Of a DNA stretch of 64,000 nucleotides, positions 26,134 to 37,682 are shown in pieces. Numbering within the stretch: the stretch's first letter is position 1; the number at the start of each line of letters is the position of its first letter. Below the pieces are notes generated by a model. It was not told where the DNA came from. It saw nothing but the letters and a program-made list of their open reading frames with translations, and did not search any database. This stretch comes from Octopus bimaculoides (taxonomy: Eukaryota). The stretch lies in contig NC_068990.1 in NCBI RefSeq assembly GCF_001194135.2, forward strand, positions 25,081,959 through 25,145,958. Reading direction: 5' to 3'. Made by a program: the position numbers and the translations under genes.

Positions 26134-26369
26134 CTCATGATTTGAAAGAGACTCTTTAGCATCTACTTCGTTTGTTGGCAGCACTCTGTCTTGTTTCAGG
26201 CTGTCTTCTTTCAAAGCTATCCAATTCAGTAAATCTTTGATATCTTGGTGGAAACTCTCAACATTATCCATGGTGGTGTTCAACTCCAGATGGCGTTCAC
26301 CGAGACGTTCTCCAAGGATTTCATAACGTTGGTTAATATCCAACAGTTGTTGTTGAATATCACTGAGAT
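26134..26369 (-). CDS. MACF1: Rod exon (LSDIQQQLLDINQRYE...LSNHE), 236 nt, phase 1-0
   Basis: CATCAG|AT and GAG|GTAGGA; LLNWI motif. Confidence 0.93.
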
Positions 26370-26466
26370 CTGATGAGAGAAAAAAAAAATCAAAATGTTA
26401 CAGTTCTAAAATGAAGACGAAAGAAAAGTGGGGATTCTTTTCATTTTTCCCCCTTCATACGGCATA

Positions 26467-26850
26467 AGCATGGCTGTGTGGTTAAGAACCTCACTTCCCA
26501 AGTACATGGCTTTAAGTTCAGTCCCACTGTGTGGAACTTTGGCAAGTGTCTTCTACTATAACCATGGATTGACCAAAGCCTTGTGAGAGAGAAGCCTGTC
26601 GTGTGTGTGTGTGTGTGTGTGTGCTTCCTTGTCTTAACATTCTATAAAGGCAGTAAACAAGTGTCACTGTCATACAAGTAGTATCAACTATTTTTAGTTT
26701 TTCATGAAAAACACACCTGACCATGGGGAAATATTACCTTGCTCTGAAACAGGTGAGGGCCAGCAGCAGGAAGGGCATCCAGCTGTAGAAAATTTGCCTC
26801 AAAAATTCTGTCTGACCCATGAAAGCAGACATTAAATGATGATAATGATA
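26467..26850 (+). mobile_element. SINE family B, near full length
   Basis: AGCATGGCTGTGTGGTTAAGAA head, (TG)n, CATGGGGAAATATTACCTTGC, tail GACATTAAATGATGAT. Confidence 0.8.
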
Positions 26851-26911
26851 ATATAGTCGGTGCTGTAAAGATTGAAGAATGAATGGAACCAGTAGAACAA
26901 AAACAACCTAC

Positions 26912-27067
26912 CATCAAGGAGTAAATTATCTGAAGAACTTTTCCTGCTGCTTACTCCACTGGATTCACTTGACATGGGACTGATACCAATTGTGGTTGGA
27001 GAAACTGGTATAATAGGAGATGGACTTCGAATACTTGGTGATGGTAGTCCAGCTGCTTTTCGGCTTC
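26912..27067 (-). CDS. MACF1: Ser/Pro-rich insert exon (SRKAAGLPSPSIRSPSP...SSRKSSSDNLLLD), 156 nt, phase 1-1; correct frame not in the ORF track
   Basis: CTTATGCAG|GA and G|GTAGGT; phases match both neighbours; open frame. Confidence 0.88.
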
Positions 27068-27677
27068 CTGCATAAGATGAAATTAAGAGATTGCTTGAAA
27101 ACTAAGAACTTACATATTTCTAACCATTCTTCTCTCAAGAAGACAAGAATCAAAGAAGAGTTGCAAGGAATGATAATCTATTTAACCTTACTTCCATTCC
27201 ATTATGGTTTGGTTTCAAGATCATTTCTTCAATGAGATATTGTCAATCATTTCAGAGATACTTTTCCAGATATTAAAACACACCAATAAATATGTTCAAT
27301 GTCTTTACTATCATATTTGACCACAATGTGTTGTTAGATGCAGCCAAACTTGCCTTACCAAGGAGCTACCTATTATAATGCTCAGGTATTTCAAACTCTT
27401 AAAAATTTTAAATTCTTAAAATTTTATTATTAATGTACATATTTTATTACAAAAAATTCTTTTTTTGGCATTTTTGTTATTTTTGAATTCGAAAATAATC
27501 ATGAATTTAAGTAAAATAACCACGGCATTATTAAGTTGCTGCTTGGAACTTTATTAAATTAAACGAAAGAATAAGATTGAGTTTTAAGAACCGAGATGGA
27601 ACATATGAAGCAAACTAACCAGAAAAATACAGAACCCCATCCCCCACCCTGTCATCAAATAACAGGTAACGACTTAC

Positions 27678-27789
27678 TTCTGACTGGGCTGCTTGTATTT
27701 TCTATTGTTTGAAGAGAATCTAAAGCATTTCCTACATCGTTGACTTCATTGATCTTTTTCCGTTGATTGGAATGTTCGTTTAGTAATGG
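27678..27789 (-). CDS. MACF1: Rod exon (PLLNEHSNQRKK...SSPVR), 112 nt, phase 0-1; not in the ORF track
   Basis: TTTTCAG|CCA and A|GTAAGT; the final A plus GA of the next exon gives Arg. Confidence 0.9.
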
Positions 27790-29251
27790 CTGAAAATATA
27801 AAGATTTCAAAGGAATTTGAACACAAATATGGCTTTATACACACACACACACACATACTTGTTATAATGAAGTCAGACAAAATAATGATATTTTGAAAAC
27901 ATTTAATATGCACATTTTAGATTTTTCTAATATATAATAGGAAGTACATCCCCTTATGTAAGACCTTCTTCATTTAATACATACACACACATAAAATCAT
28001 CATCATTTAATGCCTCACTTCCATGCTGGTATGGGTTAGACAATTGAACAGGATCTAACAAGCCAAAAGTCTGTGTTGAGTTCCAATATCTGCTCATTTA
28101 TTTTCAATGCTCGCATGGATTAGACAAATACATCCTTGCAGCATTGTTTTACTGTCAGACACCCTTCTTAGCACTAACACTTGCCTGTCTTTCAAGTAAA
28201 CAGTAGACAGGAACTAAAAGAAACTCCTCATATGTGTGTGTGTGTGTGGGGTGGGGGAGCATGTATGTATTTGTTTTCTTGTTATGATATTGCACGATAG
28301 TTTTGAATGTGTGTCACTGTCATACTAGCAGTAGTGCTGTTCATTTCAAATTTTCTGTGAAAATATATCCAGCTGAGGAAGAGGTTGGGGATATTACCTT
28401 GCTTGGAAACAGGTGAGGGTTGGTGACAGGAAAGGCATCCAGCCACAGAAAATCAGCCTCAACAAACTGTCCAACTCATTCAAGTCCAGAAAAGTGGAGG
28501 TTTGATGATGATGATGAATAAGTTCTCCAAACATTCATTTATTATGTTTGTATTTACAAATTAACATTTGTTTCAAGTTAGTTTTAGCTTTTTTTTTTCT
28601 TCCCAGGCTGACAAACAAAATTTACTTGATACAATAGAAATTTGATTTTTCTGTGATGAGACTTTACATCCCACAATAACCATTGTATGGCCTTGAACAA
28701 AGTACTTTATTTTTAACCTTTAGCCTTTAGATGAAGATTGCTAAATCTGTGTAACAATCCCAGAAAGAAATGACTCAATTACATCTGATGGAAAACTGAG
28801 AAGAATTATAATTATTATTATCATCTAGTATATATAAATCACAGTATGTGTGTATGTATAATGACTAACACATACATTTCCACAATTCTCGGACTGATTT
28901 TCACCAAACTTTACACACACGTCCCAAGGATGACCATGCACTAAACATTTTGCCCAGAGCTGCTACCTAAATGGACAGGGCTATAGTAGAAGACACTTGT
29001 CCAATGTGCCACGCAGTGGGGATGAATCCAGAACCATGTGGTTGGTAAGCAAGTTACCTACCACACAGCTACTCCTATATTTATATCGTTTAGACATCTG
29101 ATATGTGGCACACTTGTGCACTTGTACAAGCAATGTCAATTTGATGGAAGGAGTTAGCTAATGTACAGCACATGCATTTCATCACCATAAATAAGTTGTT
29201 TGTGCAGGTTGTTCAAAAACTGAACGCTCATATGTCGTCTCCATCATATAT

Positions 29252-29697
29252 AACATGGCTGCATTGTTAAGTTTGCTTTCCAAGCATGTGCTTTCAGGTT
29301 CAGTTCCACTGCACAGCACCTTGGGCAAGCGTCTTTAACTAGAGCCTTGGGCTGGCCAGTACCTTGTGAATTGATTTGGTAAGAAGAAACTGAAAGAAGC
29401 TTGTCATATAAATATACACACACACACACATACACAAACAGATAGTGATGTAAGCATGTAAGTGTGTGGGTGTGTGTGTGTCCATTCATCTTGACAATAC
29501 ATAATATTTGTAAATGAGCATCACCATCATACAAGTGGTGTTACTCATTTCCAGTCTCCTGCTGAAACATGTCTGGCCATGGGGAAATATTACCTTGCTT
29601 GGAAACATGTTAAAGGCAGCTGGCTGTAGAAAATCTACCTCAGTGAATTCTGTTTGATTTATGTAAACATGGAAAAGCAGGCATTAAAATGATTATG
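29252..29697 (+). mobile_element. SINE family B, near full length
   Basis: Same head, body and tail as 26467-26850. Confidence 0.78.
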
Positions 29698-29758
29698 CTT
29701 TTTTTGTGTTTTTTGTTTTTTTACTAAACTTAATGATAAAAATTTAGAATGTTCTTAC

Positions 29759-31069
29759 CTGTAAATCTTGCAATTGTTCCTTTACATCTTCAATTGCAAC
29801 AGCAGTAGGTTCCAAGCTATCCGTTTTCACTTCTAATGTTCCAAGCCAGTCTAATACCTCTGTCTTTAATACTTCAAATTCTTCACCCTTCTCCTCTCGT
29901 AAACCAACCTCTTTTTCCCTCATAGCAAGCAACAAGTCAAATTCTGTCCAGCTACGTTCTAAAGTGGCAATGCACTCTTCAAGAGATGATGATTCTCCAG
30001 TCCTTGGATCAGCAATAAGTTTTTTACCAGAACCTATCAAATCTTTTATCGGCTGCTTTTTACTTTTGCATTCAGTTGATACAATATCAACCCTTTGTTT
30101 AAACAAAGGCATTGGTAATTGAGTCAATTCTTTAGATTCCAACATGTCGATACTGCTGGCTAACCAATCATTTGTCACTTGGAGTTCTTGGTGGAATTTA
30201 CTAAGTTCTTCAAATATCTCTTGGAGGTTGCTACTTCGGCTCTCAACTTTTTTAGTGAGTGCAAGGAATCGTGAATTAAGAGCACCTATTTTCTTTTCTA
30301 CATTTTTAGCCATGTCAAGATCACATGACTTCATTAATTCATTTGCACTCACTTGAACAGCATCTACACTTGGTTTGTGACTGTCTATATCTGTTTCAAT
30401 CACTTTGATCTCATTGATCTGTTCAAGAAGATTATCTCGATACAAACTGATTGGTCTTTGGTTCACAAGGGAGCCTTCAACATCTCTCAACCAATTTAGG
30501 AGACTTTCTATAGCTTCTTTTACATCCTGTGATTTAGTTAGAGCCATTTGTAAGGTGTTATACCGACTGTTAATGTCATCACTCAGTGATGCACAACGGA
30601 ATGAAATTTCCCTGATTATTTCATCAACTTTTTGTATTTGTTCTGGTTCTGTATTGAACTGATTTAAACAGGAGATCAACTGTTTGCCACAAACCTCTAA
30701 GTCGGTGATCTGTGATTGATAGGTAATAGTTTCATTGCTCATTGCCTTCATTTGATCAAGTTGAGCCTTCAGCTCTTCTGGATCTGTTGAAAGAGGTTCT
30801 TGTAATGCTTCTTCAAGTTTCTCCTCAGCAGTGTTTATTGATGTCAGCAGTTTGTTACTCTGGAGGTGGAACTCTCCTTGTTTGTCTGAAACTTCATTTA
30901 GTTTATCACAAAGTGAACTACATTTGCTCTTGAGTTCTTGGTAACGGTCAGACGATTCTTTCAGTTTATCTTTCACAGATTCAGCCTCTAATGTATCCAT
31001 ACTGATACGACTTAATCGCGTCGGCTTTTGTTTGTCAGCTTTAAAGGCATCCAACTCCAGTTTATGAAA
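29759..31069 (-). CDS. MACF1: Large rod exon, about 4 spectrin repeats (FHKLELDAF...QLQDLQ), 1311 nt
   Basis: TTTTCCAG|TTT and CAG|GTAAGA; 437 codons with LLNWL, TNDWL and VLDWL helix-A motifs. Confidence 0.95.
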
Positions 31070-32315
31070 CTGGAAAAGAAAAGATATTAAGGAAACATTA
31101 TCAGATTGAAAAGACAAGGTGAGGTGATAAGAGAAAAGTACAACTATTCTAAATACCTACAACTACAACTACAATTACTGCATGAGAAGTACAAGTGATT
31201 TAGTAACTAAGAAGGTTCCAATACAATTACATATACCAACAATTATCAACTGTGAATTAGTTTATCAAACATTGATTGCCACTCTGCTAATGACTTTTCA
31301 ATGTTAAAACACTCAAGATATACTGATATGCCATTATTTTAAAATTATTCCTTTCATTTTGGAATCAAAAGATCTGAGTATGATTTGGTAAAAGTGTGGA
31401 GTAGCAGTGGGTAGAGATACCAAATCTAAAGTCCGGTTGACTTTGTTTTCCTTCCTTCAGATGAAGTCAATAAAAAGAAGTACTAATACTAGGTGCCACA
31501 TAACCAACTCCACTCTTGAAGGTAATACCCAAACATGGCCACACTCCCATAACAAACCAGTTAAAAAATATTTAAAAAATTTAATTTACCTTTGCCTCTT
31601 CAATGTATTTCTGAACTGCCATGGACATAAAGCGCACGTCAGCTTGGTGTGCAATGATGTCATTGGAGAAGCTCTATAACAAAACAGCAGAACATTTTAA
31701 TTATGTGTAAAACTCAAAACAAAAAACAAAGAACTGTTGCAAAGAACTAAGTAACTACAAATATGAAAGACAGAAAGCAAAAAACACAAAGCTTTATTAG
31801 GATATTTCATTATATCTCATTTAAATGGTTTTATTTGCAACTTATTTTACAAATATTTCTCTCCAAAATAACATTAGTAAGATTACAATTAAAAAAAAAA
31901 TATTTAACCCTTTTGCTGCCAACCTACCTGCCCCAACCCCTTAATTCTATGATACAAATTTCCTTGTTTAGAGTGATCTTCACACCAATTTGGGTGCAGA
32001 AAATTGAGAGAATAAAGGATGGTACCATTTAGAAGGCTAAACAACATCCCCAACCTCATAAAAAAATTCTAATCTTCTCCACTCACTCACAAATCCACCT
32101 TAAACAAGATTCTATGCCTCTCAACCCACTCCCAAACCCATACAAAACAAAACTCTATGCCCCTCAGCCCATTCACAAACCAACCTAAAAAAAGATTCCA
32201 AACCCTTCAATTCATTTAGAAATCCACATTAAATGTAATTTTCCTCCAAAATTATATCTGTATCACACGTTGAACATAATTCAATGAAAACCAAATGAAA
32301 CCAAATTGTTTTTAC

Positions 32316-32492
32316 CTTGTGTTTTTCTACAACAGACTTCAAGGAATCAATGTCTTCAAGTACAACTTTATCAATGGTGTTCTCAGCAGAAGTCATCCAG
32401 TCCTTAAATTTGGCTAGTTCATCCTCAAACTTTCCAAGCTGTTCCGTTGCACTTTCAAGATGTTTTAGTCGGTTTCCAGAAGTTCTCAACAC
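32316..32492 (-). CDS. MACF1: Rod exon (VLRTSGNRLKHLE...VEKHK), 177 nt
   Basis: TTTAG|GTG and AAG|GTAAAA; spectrin helix A FKDWM. Confidence 0.92.
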
Positions 32493-33287
32493 CTAAATAG
32501 GGATTGTTACAAGAGAAAAAGTTGTGAAAATATATTTAATTATCACAGTATGTCAATTTTTGGATCCGATTTTATTATTTTAGCATTAATTAAATGCTAA
32601 AACTAACTTAGAGGAGTGGTGCTGGCAAATGAACCAAAAAGAGGGCAGAGGTACAGGTAAGTGTATCCAGATGAAGGATATGGTACTGAGAAATGTACCT
32701 GATGAAGGGAGCAGTACTAAGAATTGTACATAGATGAGATATTGTTATATGTAACCAGCTGAGGGCAGCAATACTAGTAAAAGAAGGGAGGGGTGTCGTA
32801 TTGGCAAGGGTAGCCACTCAGGACACTCAAAATTTAAGTAACCAATACTCTGCTCCAACTCCAGTCCCCTCATTGATTGCAATGGTCCAGGGATTCCAGG
32901 ATAGCCTGTCTGCTACTCTGCCACACATACTTCAAGTTACCCAGACTATCCTGAGCAGTTGAACTAGGTACGTTGGACAAGTGAATAAGATTACCATGAT
33001 ATGAAGTCGTTTTTGGAATAATGAATCTTCTCTCATCTTTTGATAATGACATTTTACAAATATAACACACACACAAAATAGCAAAGACACTATCAAAAAT
33101 TAGTAAAACTAAAATAAAAATTTTTATGCATCATTTAAATGCTAAAGAGATTTCTGAATCACCATATGATGATTTAAAATTTAGTGTAATTTAAGTTTTG
33201 AAATGTTTTGGAAACTAAATTTCTTTACAAAAAGAAATATATACATATATATGTTTATAAAAATTAAAAATCAACATAAATACCAAC

Positions 33288-33443
33288 CTTTTCCATTAGG
33301 TCTTTAAGGGACACAGAAATGGTTTTTAGTGCATCAACTTGCTCCGGAGTAATTTCTTCTTGGTAGTGTTCCAAGATTTGTTCAGCTTGGAAGACAAGAG
33401 AAAGTACTGGCTGTTGGTGGTCAAGGATTTCTGCATGATGCGT
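33288..33443 (-). CDS. MACF1: Rod exon (THHAEILDHQQPV...DLMEK), 156 nt; frame not in the ORF track
   Basis: CTACAG|ACG and AAG|GTTGGT; open frame; continues QK|THHAEI and MEK|VLRTS. Confidence 0.9.
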
Positions 33444-33527
33444 CTGTAGATGGAAACATTACAACATTGAGTCACTAAGTTTTTCTGATTGCATTTCTCA
33501 ATGAAATTAATAGACAAGTTTCACAAA

Positions 33528-33680
33528 TGTGGCAGACATTAGAGTATTGGATAGAATACTTTGTGGAATTTGTGGCAAATTTCTGCATGGTGAGTTCAAA
33601 TCCTACCCAGGTTAACTTTGGCTTTAATCATTTTGGGGGTCAATAAAAGTGACAAACCAGGGTAGTGGAGCTGTGTGCTG
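33528..33680 (+). mobile_element. SINE family C copy
   Basis: TGGCAGACATTAGAG...GAGTTCAAATCC...GGGGGTCAATAAAAG. Confidence 0.65.
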
Positions 33681-34199
33681 GAAGGGGTGTCATGCATTTC
33701 TTCCAGCCCTTTTGGGTCCTAACAATAACAAGTGCAACAACACAGATGCCAAGCTTGCAAAGGTCCTCAGGCAGTGTTTTTTGCTTCAGATGAGAAAGGA
33801 CAAAAAAGACCCTTCATCCAAGCCTACCTGTACCTGTGCAGTCACATGATCAATACTAACCAATGCAAACTTAATAGAAATATATTTCAATTAGTTTTGG
33901 AAATATTCAAGAGTTAGAGAAGTGGGGCTCTACAATAGGACGGCAGTTTTATACTAGAAGATGAACAATTAAAGTATGAGAGAAGGGTCCAGAACAGAAC
34001 AGGTTTCTTGTTGTAAAGGATTTACACAGCTATTTGCCCTATAGAATGGTGGGTGGGAAGAACCAGGGTGGAGCTAGAAACAGATTTAAATGGTGGTGAT
34101 GAATTATAAGGGTGGACCTTCAAGGTGAGGATAAGTTTGGGAGGATTTAATGAAAACTAAATTTTTCACATTTATGGATAGCCCACTTCACTTCATAAA

Positions 34200-34420
34200 G
34201 AGCACATGGGCTGGTTTCTGGGTTTTTCTAGTGTACATATTCCTCTCTGAATGGGATGCTGGTCTGTTGCATATTTACTCAATTTTACCAGCTGAGTGGA
34301 GTGGAGTAATATGAAATTAAGTCTTTTGCTCAAGAACAATGCATTGCCCAGTGCAGGTATCAAAACCACATTCTTACGATAATGAGTTCAACACCCTAAA
34401 CTGTAAGCCATGCGCCTCCA
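34200..34420 (-). mobile_element. tRNA-head SINE, family A2
   Basis: Minus-strand head GGAGGCGCATGGCTTACAGTTTAGGG; homologous to 20570-20810. Confidence 0.7.
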
Positions 34421-35170
34421 CATTTTCATTTATAGGTAAATGCAAATATTGTTTGGAACATAAAAATGTTCTTACATAAAATTGAAGCAGATGTTTTTAA
34501 TTTAAACAAAAATACTTTGAAATGAGATTTAGAGTTACAGGACTAAAAATGATGTTGGAGTGTGTTAGTATTAACCCCTGTGTCACTATATTTCTGTTGA
34601 ATTGTCTTTGCTATAAATAGTTTTGAAAATAAGGAATAATTTAGTAAAATAATTAATTATAAAAGCTGGTGTTTGAAACATGAATTAAAATGAAAGGTTT
34701 TTCACTTTGATCACCAATGGTTTCATGCAAAGAGATCTCTTTACAATTTTCAGGTGGACCATATGGAAATGAAGAGAGAGAGAGAATGAAAAAGTTACAG
34801 AAAGTGGAAATAATTAATTTACTCTGCACATAATGAAAAGCAACATTGACATTGGTAGGATTTGAACACAAAATATAAAGAGCCATAACCAAATACCACA
34901 AAATATTTTACTCAGTACTCAAAAGACTTAATCAGCTACTCTAAAACTCTGATGATGAATATGTAACAGTGTTATAATTTCACACAAAAAAGACAAAAAA
35001 AGAAAAGAAAAAGAAATACATTGACTGATTTAACCAAAGGTTATTACTGGTACTTTTGTATGATTTGACCTTGAAAAACAGATAAAACTAAATTGTACAA
35101 TGTACTAAGTCGAACACCTGACTCAAAACCCTTTAAACTTTATGTATTAAAATTATTTGGAAGGACTTAC

Positions 35171-35317
35171 CTTTTGTGCATCTCGCTGTCCAGTCAATTC
35201 CTTAATGTTGCAACTAACTGCAGAGTCTTCTTTAAGCAGTTGTTCTGCATCAGTAAACCAATTCAGTTCAGAGTTTAGTTCTTGCAGAAGTCTGTCGTAA
35301 GAGTCTGGAAGACGACC
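35171..35317 (-). CDS. MACF1: Rod exon, first spectrin repeat (GRLPDSYDRLL...QRDAQK), 147 nt
   Basis: CTACAG|GGT acceptor after a long pyrimidine tract; AAG|GTAAGT donor; phase 0-0; helix-A Trp (LNWF). Confidence 0.92.
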
Positions 35318-37374
35318 CTGTAGGCAACAGGCAAAGAAAGATGTTAGAGAGAGAGAGAAAAAAAAAATCAGTATCAAAACACATTAATTAATTGAATGTA
35401 ATAAACACAATGAACATTGAAAGAAAAAATTTAGCCCTGGATCAGTGACTAACAACATAAAAATTGTATAAAAATTTTATATCTAAACAATTAATTAGGA
35501 TCATGACCAACATTTCTTTAAATCTTTGATTTACCAATCAATACAAGCATGACAATAATACCTCTTTCCTCCACCCCATCCCTTCTGCCATTCAGATGCC
35601 TCTGGGTGAAAATTTGGAATAAGAGTTCTTATGATTATTCTTTTGTGCAGTGATGTGTGAAATTATGAAAGAAAGAAGTGGTGCAATGATGCAAACAAAG
35701 AGATGAATAAATGTGTGTGTGTGTGTGTATGTGTGATGGGGAGGTACTATTTCTTTTCTAAAACTGTGTCCAGTGCAAAACAAATTGTCTGACAGTGAAA
35801 GCGCAGTAAGGTGGAATGACAAGCAAAAGTTAAGCACACTCATCAGAAACAAATCTTAAAACAACATTAAATAATGTTACTATTAGATTCTATATCTTAT
35901 ATTTCACAATATGATGTAACAATGAGGTCGGAGAGTTGATATATATTTTTCAACAAATATCATTCATTCAGCTTCAATTTGACCATAATAAAAAGACATA
36001 ACTGAAGGAAGAACCATTGGAAGATCTGAATATAGCACAGTGACCTTAAAAAAAACTCCCTGATCTTAAAATAAAAACAGAGACATTCAAGAATTTTACA
36101 CTACTTACAATAGCAAGCCATTCCTCTTTGTGGTAGAAAGCTTGAGAGCTTAAAGTTCACTGTGAAGTTAATTGTTGGCCCTGAGCTAAAAGGCTTGAAA
36201 AGAATTGGGAATTGGTCCCCTGACCGAACTGAAATCACTTCAATATCAGTCAATATACTCTTATTGAAGTATCATTACTAAATGCCTTTTTTTTGGAATA
36301 CATGTGTACACATACACACACATTATATATATATATATATAACATACACTTTACAGCTAAAAAGCAAATATCTTAAATTCTTTCATATAGTGCTTATGTT
36401 AAAAGTAAAACAGAAATACAAGGCTACACTGCTATACTTTGCTGAAGAAACAAGAGAACAAGTCTACTGTTGTCTCAGTCAACAACCAATATTGGTTTTC
36501 CTCTACCTCCACCAATACATATTTATATGTAATTCAGAGTTTTTAATACTGCATGCATTAAATAATCTAATACACACAGATCTAAAATGATACAGCATTT
36601 ATTTGATGGTACAACAAAAAAGTCTTGAAGCAAAATTAATAACATGGTGGCATATCAGGAGCTCATCTCGAGTACATCAGAGAGAAACTCTTGGTATCTC
36701 ACTAAATATTTCTAATTGAGGTCTTTAGTCCACCAAACTGATCATGATCTAAAGATTAAAACACAAATTCAAATCCAAATATTCTCTTCAAAACACTTTG
36801 CATTTTAAGGACTCATATAATTTTGACTCTAATGATTTTTGGATACATCAGTTAAACACCACACACCAATCTCAAAGATGATAAATTTTCTTCATAACAT
36901 TTCTGTTCTTACATTATCATGACACAATCTGATAATTTATTTTCACATCTAATAATTGGTGCTGAACTGGCACTTAATTTATTGACTAAGGATGCAAGGA
37001 TGAAAGCCAAAGTCAACTTTGGCAAACTTTCATAAAGAGCCAGAAGAAATTCCACCAAGCATTTTGTCTGGTCTGCTTAGGATTCTGCAAGTTTGCTGCC
37101 TTGTTTTCAAATTTAGTAATAAACACTCAGGAACAAAGACTGAATCAGGTTGCAGTCTATGTCTAGAAACAGACTAAAGTTTGTACATTTATATTTATAT
37201 CAGCATTCAACAGAAAGGCACAGTGTGCACCAGCAAGCACATCAACTACATGTGGTGGGATGTGAAGCAAAATTCATTTTTATAGCAAACATTGCTTACA
37301 TTTTGCACAAATAGAAGACCAGTTTTGCAGGGAAGGAATAGAATTGACTCAATTGGTACACTTAGTATATTGTG

Positions 37375-37682
37375 AAGGTGTGTCGCTTAGTGGTTAGGGC
37401 ATTCAGCTCACAGTCATAAGGTTGAGAGTTTGATTCTTGGTGACACCTTGTGTCATTGAGCAAGGCACCTTATGTCATTAAACAGTTGGCAAAACTGAGT
37501 TATGCCTGTAATTCAAGGAGCCAGCTATGTCACATTGTGCGTCATACTAAATCTCTCTGAGAACTATGCTAAGGGCACACATGTCTGTGGAATGTTCAGC
37601 CACTTACACGTTAATTCACAAGCAGGCTGTTCTGTTGACTGGATCAACTAGAACTTTCATTGTTGTAACTGACAGAGTGCTT
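37375..37682 (+). mobile_element. tRNA-head SINE, family A3
   Basis: GAAGGTGTGTCGCTTAGTGGTTAGGGC...GAGTTTGATTC...TTGAGCAAGGCAC; a similar decayed head lies at 2455-2580. Confidence 0.65.

Noticed and set aside
36109-36228. Candidate cryptic 120-nt exon (TTTCAG|...ATT|GTAAGT)
   Set aside because: It is open only in phase 1-1 while the neighbours are phase 0, the pyrimidine tract is poor, and it shows no spectrin or plectin character. A poison exon cannot be excluded without RNA-seq.
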